Assembly: GCA_051530055.1 (NCBI GenBank)
Contig: CM121342.1
Coordinates: forward strand, 11,981,480 to 12,045,479
DNA from: Neoechinorhynchus agilis
Lineage: Eukaryota; Animalia; Acanthocephala
Reading direction: 5' to 3'
DNA: 64,000 bases
This document shows positions 51,421 through 62,580 of the stretch, piece after piece. A model generated the notes under the pieces. The model ran no database searches. It was given only the letters and a program-made list of their open reading frames with translations, and was not told the origin of the DNA. Numbering within the stretch: position 1 is the stretch's first letter; every line of letters starts with the position of its first letter. The translations under genes and the position numbers were made by a program.

Positions 51421-53149
51421 GTTGTCTAAGTAAACCGGAACACTTGAAACAACAAGATTTTGGCAATTGCTTGAACTTATGAACGAGGATCGAAGTCATC
51501 CCACGGTCGCTATCAAACAAAAATGGAGACATCGCTCAAGTTTCGGAATAAAGAGCGGCGATCATTTTTGTGTTTGCTACGATGAAAAGAATGAGTATGA
51601 GTTTGTGGGGGTGATCATTTGCTGGAAACGGTAAATATTCGGAAACGTTATTAGGAACAAACTATTTGGTGTTAAGGGCGCAAATGTTTATTAGTCTACA
51701 AGTATGATAATGTGTTTGTCTAAGTATTTATACCAAAACATTTACATTTTGCTTTTATCGAATAATTAAAGTCACTATTTTCAATCCAAACTTAGAAAAA
51801 CATTGTATAAAAAATTAAGTTTGTTAACGATTTAAGCGACAATCTTTTACCCAATTCCTAAAAAGTCGAAAATTTAAAGCGGATACAATAAAAGTGTTTT
51901 AAGTTTTTCATTCCGCAATCACACTTAAATGCGATCGTTCTTCAAAATCCGAAATCTCGTTGCTTTGTGTTTAAAATAAGAACAGACTTGCCCACTCGAT
52001 TCTTTGCGAGCTCTTACAGACGACGAGTTCGATGTTGTACTGTTGAATGGTTGTGACATTTTGGGAACGGGTGATAATAGCAATAATTCTTTAAATCATA
52101 TACAGTACGTGTATTTAAAAGGATAGATTCCGCTTTCAGGGTTTTTAAAGCCAGGAGAATATTTGATTGGTTGCCATATTTGCAAGCCTGAGCGACCCCA
52201 CGTATACATCGGAAGCGACCGAGGAAATTGCGTGTACTTCTATTCGCTGTGGAAATTTTCTTGGAGCCCACACATTCTATAGGGAGAAATTTTTCTTTGT
52301 TATTATTGGTCCTTTTACAATGGAAAACGGACGTGTATCTTCGTTGCGCTTCAGAATACGGATGGATTTGTTCAGAACGAGAGAATTGCTTTGCATTGTC
52401 TTCAACTTGCCGAGCGGACCGTAATGTAAAAAAAATTATTGGACAAAGATGTCTTTGAACCTCCAATAGATGGCGTTCCAGAAGAAGGTGCTCACATCAG
52501 GCGGATTTTTCGATTAACACTTATAAAAGTTCGAATAACGAAAAAGGACATCCCTTAATCTAGAACTCGATAGATTATAGATCACAAACAACACATTAGA
52601 GACTAGCGAGAGGCTACTGTGACAACATTGCTTCTATTGCGTAAGACAAAAGGGAGTAAAAGTTCCAAAAGATTGTGACATTTAGCCTGTTATTTAAGGT
52701 CACTCGTAGCGCCGTGGTTAAAAATGTATCTAAAAAATACGAAAAATAAGTGGAGCAGTTTGTGGATCCATCAACTATTTCTACTATGAAATTGTTTTTA
52801 GAAGGAACTTCAACATTTCGATTAGCGTCATGTTCATGTTAAAAAGTAAAACCTAGGACGGTGTTTCTCATACATCCGTCAAATTGCATTATTTGTTCAT
52901 TAAATCGTTTCTACCAGAATTTTAAATCACGTCGATGAACAATACCTGTCGCGCACCGATATCGTAAAATTAAATGTTCTAATCTGAAACTATACATAGA
53001 GCGTTATTATTGGAAAGATAGTAATCGATTGTTACCAGAATCGATTACTAGAAGCGATCCACTTGACGAAATGCAGATATCACAAGGAGGATCCATCTCA
53101 TGGTTTCCTGTACCATTTCCCCGTTGTGGTAGTTCCGTGAATCCGCTAC

Positions 53150-53770
53150 ATAAATGTTCCTAAACATTTCAACATCCACTTATTGGGGTCGATTAAAACA
53201 CCCGACTGTATCTCCTTCGGCTGATGTTGTCTTTCCAATTTCCATTGATATATTTAGAACAATAATACTGGGCCGGTCAAAATCAGTAGCAGTGATTTTT
53301 TTGCGAGAAAAGGCAACACCCCTTGGAGTAATTTGTGTGTAGCCAGTTTTATCCCCACCGCCGAATTTTCCAATATATTGTCTACTTTCGTCAAACAATT
53401 GGATGCGGTAATTCTTTGTGTCTGTTACAGCGATTTTACTTTCTTATATCTAAATCCACGACTACTGATTACAGCAGAAGACATTATCACAGTGCACCTA
53501 TTTCTTTGATCTCCTCTCAATCGGGATATAATTTCTTTAATACGGTCCACTGAAAATATTTGGACGTGGTGGTTATCTTTGCCAACGGCGAGGAGTCATT
53601 TTAGAACTATGTCAATGCTAGTGTTCCTAATGACAGAAGAAGCTTCACGTCTTTATCGAATATTTCGATGCTGTTGTTTGATCGATCTCCCTCGAAAATG
53701 TTTCCTTTTGGGTCACAGCACACTCCCCACGAACGGCACAATAACCTTTCTTCACTAGTGCGGCACGATA
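53150..53770 (-). pseudogene. Decayed NHL-repeat (TRIM-NHL-like) gene fragment
   Basis: WGVCCDPKGNIFEGDRSNNSIEIFDKD; IAVTDTKNYRIQLFD...KFGG...PRGVAF; FNRPQ. Confidence 0.65.
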
Positions 53771-53779
53771 CCCAAGTAA

Positions 53780-54105
53780 AGGAAAGATTCGTTCTGTTGT
53801 ACGTTCCGGGATCGATTAAGTGCTTCCTCCGCGCGTCGACAAGAAATCCGGTATATCGGAGGAAATCGGCACCCAGTAAAGGTCGTCGGATAGATGCTAT
53901 GAGTAATTTCCAACTTACTCTTCTACAACTCAACTGCAGCGCTAATATTCTGGTTCCAAATGCGTGAATGGATGAGCCATTGGCAGTTGTGAGTGTTCGG
54001 TTTTGCGCGCTTGTTGACTTATCAACCATCGACGCCGGCATAGCGCTAACCTCGGCACCTGTATCAATGAGGAAAAGACGTCCAGTCCTGCGGTCACAGA
54101 CATAG
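53780..54105 (-). mobile_element. Ty3/gypsy (CsRn1-like) protease fragment
   Basis: FLIDTGAEVSAMP...LTTANGSSIHAFGTR...LLGADFL...LVD. Confidence 0.85.
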
Positions 54106-54696
54106 AATAAACTATTTATTTAACTTTACTAACCGATGCACCTTGTGTCAATTAGCAGGTTGATCGCCTAGCCTTGTCACCGATCGTCGATTGTTGAAGG
54201 ACATCTCCGAGGACAAAAGCTGGAATTCGGCGGGAGGCGGTGAGTGTGTTAATTGTCGAGAAATGAAGATTGATTGAATACATTTATCGTTATTGACAAA
54301 AATTTTTAGGTCGCCAGTTGGTTGTGTTAATTTCAGTGGAACCGTTATCTAGGTCGATTGTTAAGTAAAACCCCGTTGTTCCAGCATAATGGGTGAGATG
54401 ATTGGTCCTTTTTACGCCATTGTTTTCTAATGAACGAGTGCATGACAGATCCGGAATTTGGAGTTGATGACGAACCCCGAGGGTGACGGCCGACGACGAT
54501 TGATTGTTAGCCATGACCTGATTGGACTGGATAATTAATACGTGTGGCCATCCATTAGTACTATAGGCTAAATAGGCTTTCCGATTTATGTTTGAAGATG
54601 TCGACTGGACAGGAGGTCCTTTGAGTTGGACATCCTTTTCAAGGACGTAAGTTTCTGTATCTTGTCACCCTCCGCTGCAAAGTTAGGTTGCAAAAA

Positions 54697-54879
54697 CATT
54701 TTTTAAACTGTGTCCTTTCTTAAACGCAATGGTTTTCAACGTTTCTAGTTACGATACCAATTGAACCATCCAATGGAAAAAATCATTTTTTAAACTGTGT
54801 CCTTTTTTAAACGCAATGGTTTTCAACGTTTCTAGTTACGATACCAATTGAACCATCCAATGGAAAAAATCATTTTTTA
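54697..54879 (+). repeat. 87-bp tandem repeat, 2.1 copies
   Basis: CATTTTTT starts at 54697, 54784 and 54871; one substitution between the units. Confidence 0.95.
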
Positions 54880-55761
54880 TATGCCGCCAGCTTTAAAATA
54901 TATCGTAATTTTTTTCATTTGAAGAAACTTAACACCGTCCGTAAATTCAATAATGAAAGTTTTTATGAAACGCTTTAGAAAACGAATAAAATCGCTGTAA
55001 ATTTAAAAACACTTCGAACAAGTAGACAACATGGCTACTTATCACAAATTAATGTTTCGATTAAAATAAAACGACAATAAAAATTTAAACGCGCGCACAA
55101 TCAAGGACTAGGATTCTTCCGTTTGTTGTAACTTCCAAATCGCCGTCTTTTTTATCGGTTTTCATGTTCCTTTATCGTTCTGTTTTGTTCGCTGATGAAT
55201 TGAGCGATTTTGGAGCTAGCGGTAGAATTTTAATTTCGTACCAGTTGTACTCGACGGTTGGATGATATATCTCTCCGTCTCAAGAAAATCTCTGTACCTT
55301 CGTTGGAGGTTATTCTTGCTTAGCTTATCCACCACTCTCGACCACTGTAAACACAGTCGATCGGATTAAACAGTTCGCCATTGTAGTGCACCCTTCAGAC
55401 CGGTGTGTCGACTGTGGCATATGATTCATAGGCAAGAACTCACTTTGTACTTCCATGCCACATACGAGGTTAGGTGACCGGACAGAAGGTAAACTTTGTT
55501 TCTCTTCTGTCAGAATTCCTGCTACCTCCTCGTGAGGTTCCCGACACATTTTTGTTATGGGTGACTGTCCCATGCAATTCTTTGTCGGGCACATCAAGAA
55601 AATCTCGGCTATTTTCGCGACCCTACACGTTAGCATCTTCACGGGTGTTGTTAGACCGTTCCATTCGATCTCTGACACATTGAGTCAAATGCGATCGCAC
55701 ACTCACACACTTTTCATACTCATTAATAAGGTCAAGTTGTTGCTTTGATTGGATAGTATAT

Positions 55762-55963
55762 TTGTTTTTGTGACGTCTCTCACCCACACATTTATTTGAT
55801 CGAATTTTCGAAACTCGAGAGTCTCCTCTTCAGGTGTTGTCAACATCTAAAACACAAACAAGCGCTCGCTCAACATAAATTTACGTTTTGACTCGGGACC
55901 CCGGGTCCGTCATGCCCGTTAGCAGAGGCGCAATTTTCCGTGCTGCTACCCTGGGGGGAACTT
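55762..55963 (+). repeat. PLE 5'-region (pLTR-like) copy, inverted relative to 61023-61227
   Basis: Its reverse complement matches 61023-61227 at roughly 90-95% by eye. Confidence 0.85.
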
Positions 55964-56169
55964 AGGTCGTGAGCGGATATCTGTGGTCGATAACTTCAGG
56001 GTCACATTCCCTTTGTTGCCTTCCATACGCTCTTGTCGCTCGGCCTGTTCTATCATCATGGACTCCATTATGAGCCTTCGTTGTAGGTGATCCTCACTCA
56101 CTAGCATTGCTGCATTTAAAGATAAAATCCATGAGCATGTGAATGTGGGGAAAAATTATATATCCAATA

Positions 56170-57935
56170 TGACTTTTATTGAAATATTTCGTCCAATCAC
56201 GCTGGACTTCTTTAGTCAATTATCTAAAAAGGAATTGGAAACATCATTTTTTTGTCAGGAAGTATCCTCAACTTCAGGGAATAATCTGTCTTGTTTCCCT
56301 CGAAAGTATTGGCTCCCTGAATGTACATGGCCTCGATAATAACACGCTCAACCTTGTGGTCATTGCGTTCCAACAAATATGCTTCGTTAATATCGATCTT
56401 ATGGCCCGCATTCAGAGAGTGGGAAACCAAAGCGGAGTTCATATCCTGTTTCCTCAGTGAATAGCGATGTTCCCTCATCCTCCTCTCAAAGTTATTTGTC
56501 TGGCCAATATAGCAGCGATCACAATCCGAACAAGGTATTCTATATACCGCACCACTTGGGCCTTCACGAATGCTCGGACAGATCAGGCTATGAAGATCAT
56601 TCCTTCGTTTGGAATAGAAGAGCGTGCGTTTGCTCTGGTGGCCTGCCAATAGGACTCTGGATAAACTCTGATAGGAGGAATCATCAATAAACGGCAACTC
56701 AAGAAACACACGATCCTTATCAGATTTCAAAACTGTCGGCCTCCCGTACCTAGCGCTCCTGATCACCTTCTTAACCAGATTCAATGGATAAACCCACCGT
56801 CCTGATAAATCCACTATAAAATCAAGTTCACGTTCGAGGTCAGTACTCGAGCTGCAATAAGCAAAAGCTCGTTGTGCCAATGATCTAACTCTGGAGATTT
56901 TATATTCACGTGGTTGAGAGGAGATCCATGGTACCATGCCATGTGGAATATCAATTTTCCGATAAACCTTAGTCCTATATCCATCTCCACCAGCACGCTC
57001 TATCGCAACATCAAGGTAATTGAATTTACCGTCAGTCTCGACATCCGTCGACCATTGAATGTGTGGATCTTTAGCGTTGAGGTAGTTCTGCACGTGCATG
57101 GAGGCATAGTCAGAAGGTTCAAGGAGAATAAATGTGTCGTCCACATATCAGACCCATAATGAGATTCCAGAAATTGTAGGTAGGTATTTCTCTTCCCAGT
57201 GCCGCATGTATAACTCAGCGAGCACCGGTGCAAGAGGGCTGCCCATCGCTACACCATTCACCTGATCAAAATCCCTTGCCTCAAATTGGAAGTTCGAAAA
57301 TTTGGTGCAGATACTCAAGAGTTTCCTCCAATCAGTGATCGAAAGTTTCCAATTATCATAGGTCCGTAGGATATGTATAGCCAGTTCGATAGCGGTATCT
57401 ACTGGGATATTTGTGAATAATGAAATCACATCAGCCGATACCATGATAGAACGCGAGTCCCACGATGTCTTAAGTCGGCCAATGAAGTCCTTTCCAGAGC
57501 ATACTACATTTGCACTCCGTTCCATTCTCTGACGAAGCATCAGAGCCAGTTTCCTAGACAAACTTGTGCAAAATGATGTATGAACCCCAACTATTGGTCT
57601 GAACTTAATCAGACATTTGTGTACCTTGGCCAACAGGTACATTATCGGTGTCCTAGAGTTCACGGACCTAACTGCCTAGTAGTCAGTACTCTCAATTTTA
57701 TTTTGCTTCATCAGCCTCAGTAGGAATGCATTGAATTTCTTCTCCCGTTTTTGAGTAGGACAAACATTAAGACGCTTGAACTCACTTCCCATTAATATCT
57801 TGAAACCAGCCTCTTGATACTGTTCACGATTAATAACGCAATATCCATACCCTTTATCAATCTTCACTGGTGCAATGTCTTGGATTCCCTTTAACCATTC
57901 TATGCCTCTCTGCATTCTCCTTGATATGTTGGAAT
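56170..57935 (-). mobile_element. Penelope-like element (RT plus GIY-YIG), degenerate
   Basis: KIDKG, LAKVHK...FRPIV, SADVISLFTNIP, GVAMGSPLAPVLAELYM, DDTF, YLDV; GAVYRIPCSDCDRCYIGQT...RMREH. Confidence 0.92.
56178..56220 (-). ncRNA. Minimal hammerhead ribozyme, one core mutation
   Basis: ATTGA-CTAAAGA-A-GTCCA/TGGAC-GAAA-TATT-TCAAT: perfect 5-bp stems I and II, loopless AATATT stem III, G5>A. Starts 4 nt after the PLE stop codon. Confidence 0.7.
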
Positions 57936-58222
57936 ATAATTATCCATTGTGTACCATCTTCGGATACCGTTGCTCTATCAGCATGTCCTGGATTCTGCGG
58001 ATCTCTTTTTGTTTGCTCCCTTCCGTCGAGCAAACTCTTAGACATCTCAGGAACAACGCTCTCGCAGCCGACATCTTGTATTGTGTGGACATGTGAGTCC
58101 CCCAATCAGATACCCTCCAGCTGATGCCTTCCTTACGATACAAATCCGTTTCGATGCGCCCCCCCCTTTTTGTCTATTTTCACATCTAGAAATGATGTGC
58201 AGTTGTCTCTTTCATAGGTAAC

Positions 58223-59856
58223 CTTTATACACCTGACAGTAGCAAACGGGCCTACTCGTCTGACTCTGAAGTTTAATATAGCTCCCATCGGGATCACGAG
58301 TGGATATTACGGAAAGCAAAAAAGTTAGGCTCTCGGATTCCCCCGATAATGGATCAAGAGCTTGACTTTTCATTTTCTACCTATAATGCTTCTAGAGCAT
58401 TCAATTTACCTACACACCTAAAGCAAGCTATATTAGAAAAGTGTGTGCACATATTATGCTTCCAAGAGTCAGGCCCTCTTCCCCTCTTTAATCACTCAGC
58501 ATATGATTCATTTATAATCTCACCCTCCGCACCATTACTAACATGTTTTAGTTTTAACTGTAATTATTCTCAAAATGGATTCAACAGGAGAAGGAGAAGG
58601 AGGTTAAGTATGAGGGAGTTGATCACTCTGACGCTCAACTTAACTTCCTCTTCACTGATCAACTACAATACAAGAACTGGATAAAGATGATTAACTGTTT
58701 GTTTGCGTATGATTGTTGTATGTGGCTATGATATATTAATATTAATATTAATATTAATATTAATATTAATAGGCTTATTCTTTGTATCAGGAAAATCCTC
58801 TCGCGTCGCTCCCCTGTTTCTGCTGCAAGTCGTCTTCCGAGTTCGGCACAAAAGCTTCGTGCCGAAGATCCCAGCGCCCCTTGTGTCTCCACGCCGAAAG
58901 GAAGGAAAATGTAATTTTGTTTCAGCTCATTGTATTTCTCCACTTTCCTCCTTTCGGCGGCACTCGCTGCTCCTCCCGTCTCCGCTAAAGCATCTTGCCG
59001 GTTGGACATGGCGAGTGAGTCCACGCATGTTGCGTCCCAAATTAGACTCTTCCCTTCTTTCCAAGGGAAAACGGTTATACCGTCGGGACGCTTACCATCC
59101 GAGCGACAGAGGTGATTGGGCTCCAGGATGGTTGGAACGTGGATCGAGTTCAGAGCTCTGTTAATGATCGCGTTGAGCTCTGCGTGCCTTGGGAAACGAC
59201 CGCTAGATCTCTTGCAGTAGAGTCCATGTCTCCCGAGCACGTCAACTTTTATTCCACATCGGCACTGGTGTGGGGCACAGGTTGGAAGTCCTAAACGTAG
59301 AGCGACGGCTATTCGAACTGTCTCGTCGTCCAGCAAAGTTCCCAAAGTACCAATTGGCAAACCGTTCAACCATGCGCCTGACTCATTCGAGGAACTGGCC
59401 ACAAGTCTAGCTTGAGACATCTCGTCCATCTGGCCTTTTAGTTTGTTGTGAGCCGTCAGGATTAAGGGTTTATCCCAAGCAGATTGTTCGTGCGCGTTGG
59501 TTGGAGCTTGTTGCAGACCGGTCTGCGAGAGCCATGATGTGACTCCCTGTTTCAATAGTTTGCATGGCTTCGGCATTCTGTTTAATAGAATTTCCCCCTG
59601 TAATTCCTCCGTCTTGTGCTTCGAGGATACGAATGCCGGAAGGGCCAAACCAACCACACTTCGTAAGCCTAAACCTCCGTATTTGATCGGAAGGGCAGCT
59701 TGTTGCCAAGCTTCATCAGTGATGGCGCAGTTCGTTACGATTTTCCTGATACAAAGAATAAGCCTCGCAATCCAACGAGGAAATGCGGTCAGCGTCCGGG
59801 GGACGATTTAATCATTTTAAAATAAATTGATTCAAATTATTAAAAAAAAATATTTA
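58223..59856. mobile_element. Composite insertion: LINE ORF2-start piece (+), (ATTAAT)6, inverted CRE segment (58771-59738, -), CRE 3' end (59739-59810, +), A-rich tail
   Basis: MDQELDFSFSTYNA...CFQES; CRE motifs LPIKYGGLGLR...HQCRC...GKRPDG...QRISL; a 27-bp inverted overlap at 58771-58797 / 59739-59765; A9 at 59842-59850. Confidence 0.85.
58735..58770. repeat. (ATTAAT)6 self-complementary microsatellite
   Basis: Six perfect palindromic hexamers. Confidence 0.97.
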
Positions 59857-61619
59857 ATAGGTAACTGTCCATTGGATATTCGAGTCGTGCGCGTTTAGCA
59901 TCGTTTGTAGGTCAACTGTGCTTGGATTTATCGTTGTGATCATGCAGACGTCATCAACACACCTCCACCAGTGTTGGATAACGGGTAGCCTCTCCCGAAT
60001 ATCAGATTCTCATTCGCGCATGTAGAGATCAGCCAACACTGGTCTAACGGCGATCCCATAGAAATTCCTTCGACTTGCTCATAGAATCCATCTTCGAACG
60101 AGAACCCAGCCTTAGAAGTACACCATTCTAAGAGCACTGTCCACGTTGTTTGATTTAATTTCGGCTCCTTACACTTTTCTGACAATCTTTTAGATGCCAT
60201 TTTGATTACTCTTTTTAGAGGCAAGTTTGTAGAGAGCGAAATCACGTCTGCCGTCACAAACCATATCCTGATCGTGCATCTACCTCTTACCATTTTGGAA
60301 ACTTCAGGTCCATCCTTCACATATGAAAACCAGTCATTTGCCAGAGTTTTTCTCAGTTCAATATTTGTCATCTTAGCAAGTACATGGTTGAACGAACTAT
60401 AGTTAGCAATGATAGGTCTGAACTTCAAATCTGGTTTGTGGATATTTGGAAGCAAATGAAAAAATGGACAATTTCCTGTCGACGATCTAGCCTTATTATA
60501 CCATTTCTCCGTTATTAGGTTCTTGTTCCATAAATCCTTCAAAAACGTATTGAAAAGCTTCCCTCTTGCGGGTTGTAGTATCTCTGTCCAGCTTTATGAA
60601 TTTGCTGGTCTCCAACAGCTCATATCCGTGACTGCGATATTTCGCGGTGTCGACAACTACTAGACTCCGGCCTTTATCCGCTTTGCAGATCGTGGTATCT
60701 TCATCCCTGAGTACCTCATTAAGGGCTTGGTTCTATCTTTGGTTAGATTACCCAGGTTCTGGTGGTTCGCGTTCAAAGCAACATTATCATATGACGCAGC
60801 TGCATTTTGAGCGTTCTCTGGACATTTCATCAGTATCATTTCCGTATCGCATCTCACTTGTATTTCATGTATCTTCCTGTATGGTATAAAGTCTGGACCA
60901 AGGTTTAATACGCTCATTATATTCTCGTTTATCGATTTGGAAGATAAATTTACCACATTCTTTACTGAATCTGTCGGTACCAACTTCACTCCCAAGCGGT
61001 TCACTTTCTTAACATTCTTCGCAAGTTCCCCCAGGGTAGCAGCACGGAAAATTGCGCCTTTGCTAACGGGCATGACGGACTCGGGGTCCTGAGTCAAAAC
61101 GTAAATTGATGTTGAGCGAGCGTTTGTTTGTGTTTTAGATGTTGACAACACCTGAAGAGGAGACCGGCGAGTCTCGAAAATTCGATCAAATAAATAGATG
61201 CCTGGGTGACAGACGTCACAAAAACAATCGCGTTTCCAACTCATTTTATTGGCCGATACCGAATATCATCGGGTGACACTCACCGCACACAGCTGGCAAA
61301 TCACTTCCAAATTACACGATTTTTGACCACTTTAAGATTTTGGTGAGGGTTATTGGCTTACGGAATTACTTCAGATCTGGATTCGAATCGGGATTTCTAT
61401 TTTCGAATAACTCCTGCTCTTTGATGGATGGATTTTCCACTGGAAATTCTCGTTTAAATGCCCTCGTCATTCGAATTTCGTTCATTCTATTTAGATCCGG
61501 ATCGCGACAATGCGGTTTCATAATTTCAATCTGTTCTCGTTGCGTGAAATCTCGTTCGAGTAAAATCTAATCTCCATTCCTTGGAAAGATGCGTTAGTCG
61601 TAAGATATTTCCTAGATTT

Positions 61620-61830
61620 CAGATTGACGGGAGCGTTCGGCAGCTCGACACTCTCTCTGCTCCAGGATCTCTCAAAGAAATTGAGAGAGGCAACCGGAGA
61701 CTCAAGAGCAGGCGTATTCCTTCGACAAAATATCTCGCTAGCAGTACAACGGGGCAATGCTGCCAGCGTGATGGCGACGGTCGAGGAAGGACAAAAGCTG
61801 GAATTCGGCAGGAGGTGGTGAGTGTGGCAA
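61620..61830 (+). mobile_element. CRE-clade 3' end fragment (a ~45-bp stub of the same end at ~54208-54250)
   Basis: GAFG...VFLRQNISLAVQRGNAASVMATVEEGQKLEFGRRW; same subfamily as 27190-27660. Confidence 0.8.
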
Positions 61831-62444
61831 CGAATTAATTTGATTGAAAAACGCTTGGATAAATAGTTGTTTGTGATTATAAATATGCATCTTTTAAATC
61901 CCAACTAGAGTACTGCTCTCCGCCAGCTGTTTCGCTAACAAGCTCTTTCCATGTTGGAATCACATAACTATCGATCGATCGTATGTGTACTCATTGACCT
62001 CCTTACCCACAAATTCCAGCACAGATAACCGACCCGGTGCTGGTATTGCTAAGATTGCGTTCTGCACGCAGTAGAAAAATTATAAAACTGTTAGTAATTG
62101 TAATTTCTCTTAAGATAAAGTATAAAACACTTTGAACGTATTGCTATTTAGACTGATGTAATGTTATAATTGTCATGATTCAACAGTACCAGTATTTATT
62201 CTTTTAATCGCTCAACAATCAAAACCCCATAATTCGTATATGCAGGTTCACGCTGATATCGATTACCTGTATTTCAACTGCCGGATCTCAAATTCAAACC
62301 ATAGCCATACAAGACCCTATCATATCATGCCCAGAACGTATCATTAATAGAAAATTAAATATTATATATCATTGTCCTCGGAGTAAATTTGATTGTACGT
62401 TGGCGAATTATGTTCCCGGCGTTTTCGATACTCATTTATTAATT

Positions 62445-62484
62445 GCAAAATATTTCACAAGGTTTTCCTTGCCTCTTCAGTCGC
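62445..62484 (-). ncRNA. Minimal hammerhead ribozyme, intact core (left arm, opposite strand)
   Basis: GCGA-CTGAAGA-G-GCAAGG/AAAA/CCTTGT-GAAA-TATT-TTGC. Confidence 0.75.
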
Positions 62485-62540
62485 TATTGATTGTAAGTTT
62501 TTAAATATTCGAGTTCGTGTTTAAAAACTTACAATCAATA

Positions 62541-62580
62541 GCGACTGAAGAGGCAAGAAAAATCTTGTGAAATATTTCGC
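62541..62580 (+). ncRNA. Minimal hammerhead ribozyme, intact core (right arm)
   Basis: GCGA-CTGAAGA-G-GCAAGA/AAAA/TCTTGT-GAAA-TATT-TCGC; predicted AUU cleavage 3' of 62576. Confidence 0.75.

Larger units (their letters stand above)
57940..61560 (-). mobile_element. Second Penelope-like element, split by a 1634-bp insertion (58223-59856) with target-site duplication ATAGGTAAC
   Basis: VVNLSSK...VLNLGPDF, KADKG, LPNIHKPDLKFRPII, GISMGSPL, DD, IQWTVTY (59857-59865), then resumes VTYERDNCTSFLDV (58214-58222), LYRK. Confidence 0.85.

Noticed and set aside
52100-52420. Tyrosine-kinase C-lobe relic (LPI, WAP, ASDVY spread over three frames)
   Set aside because: Needs several frameshifts; too weak to list as a feature.
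61215-61290. Sense-strand hammerhead in the PLE leader (GTCAC-CCGATGA...GAAAC...GTGAC on minus)
   Set aside because: Core mutated, no credible stem II, and extra Ts at the cleavage site.
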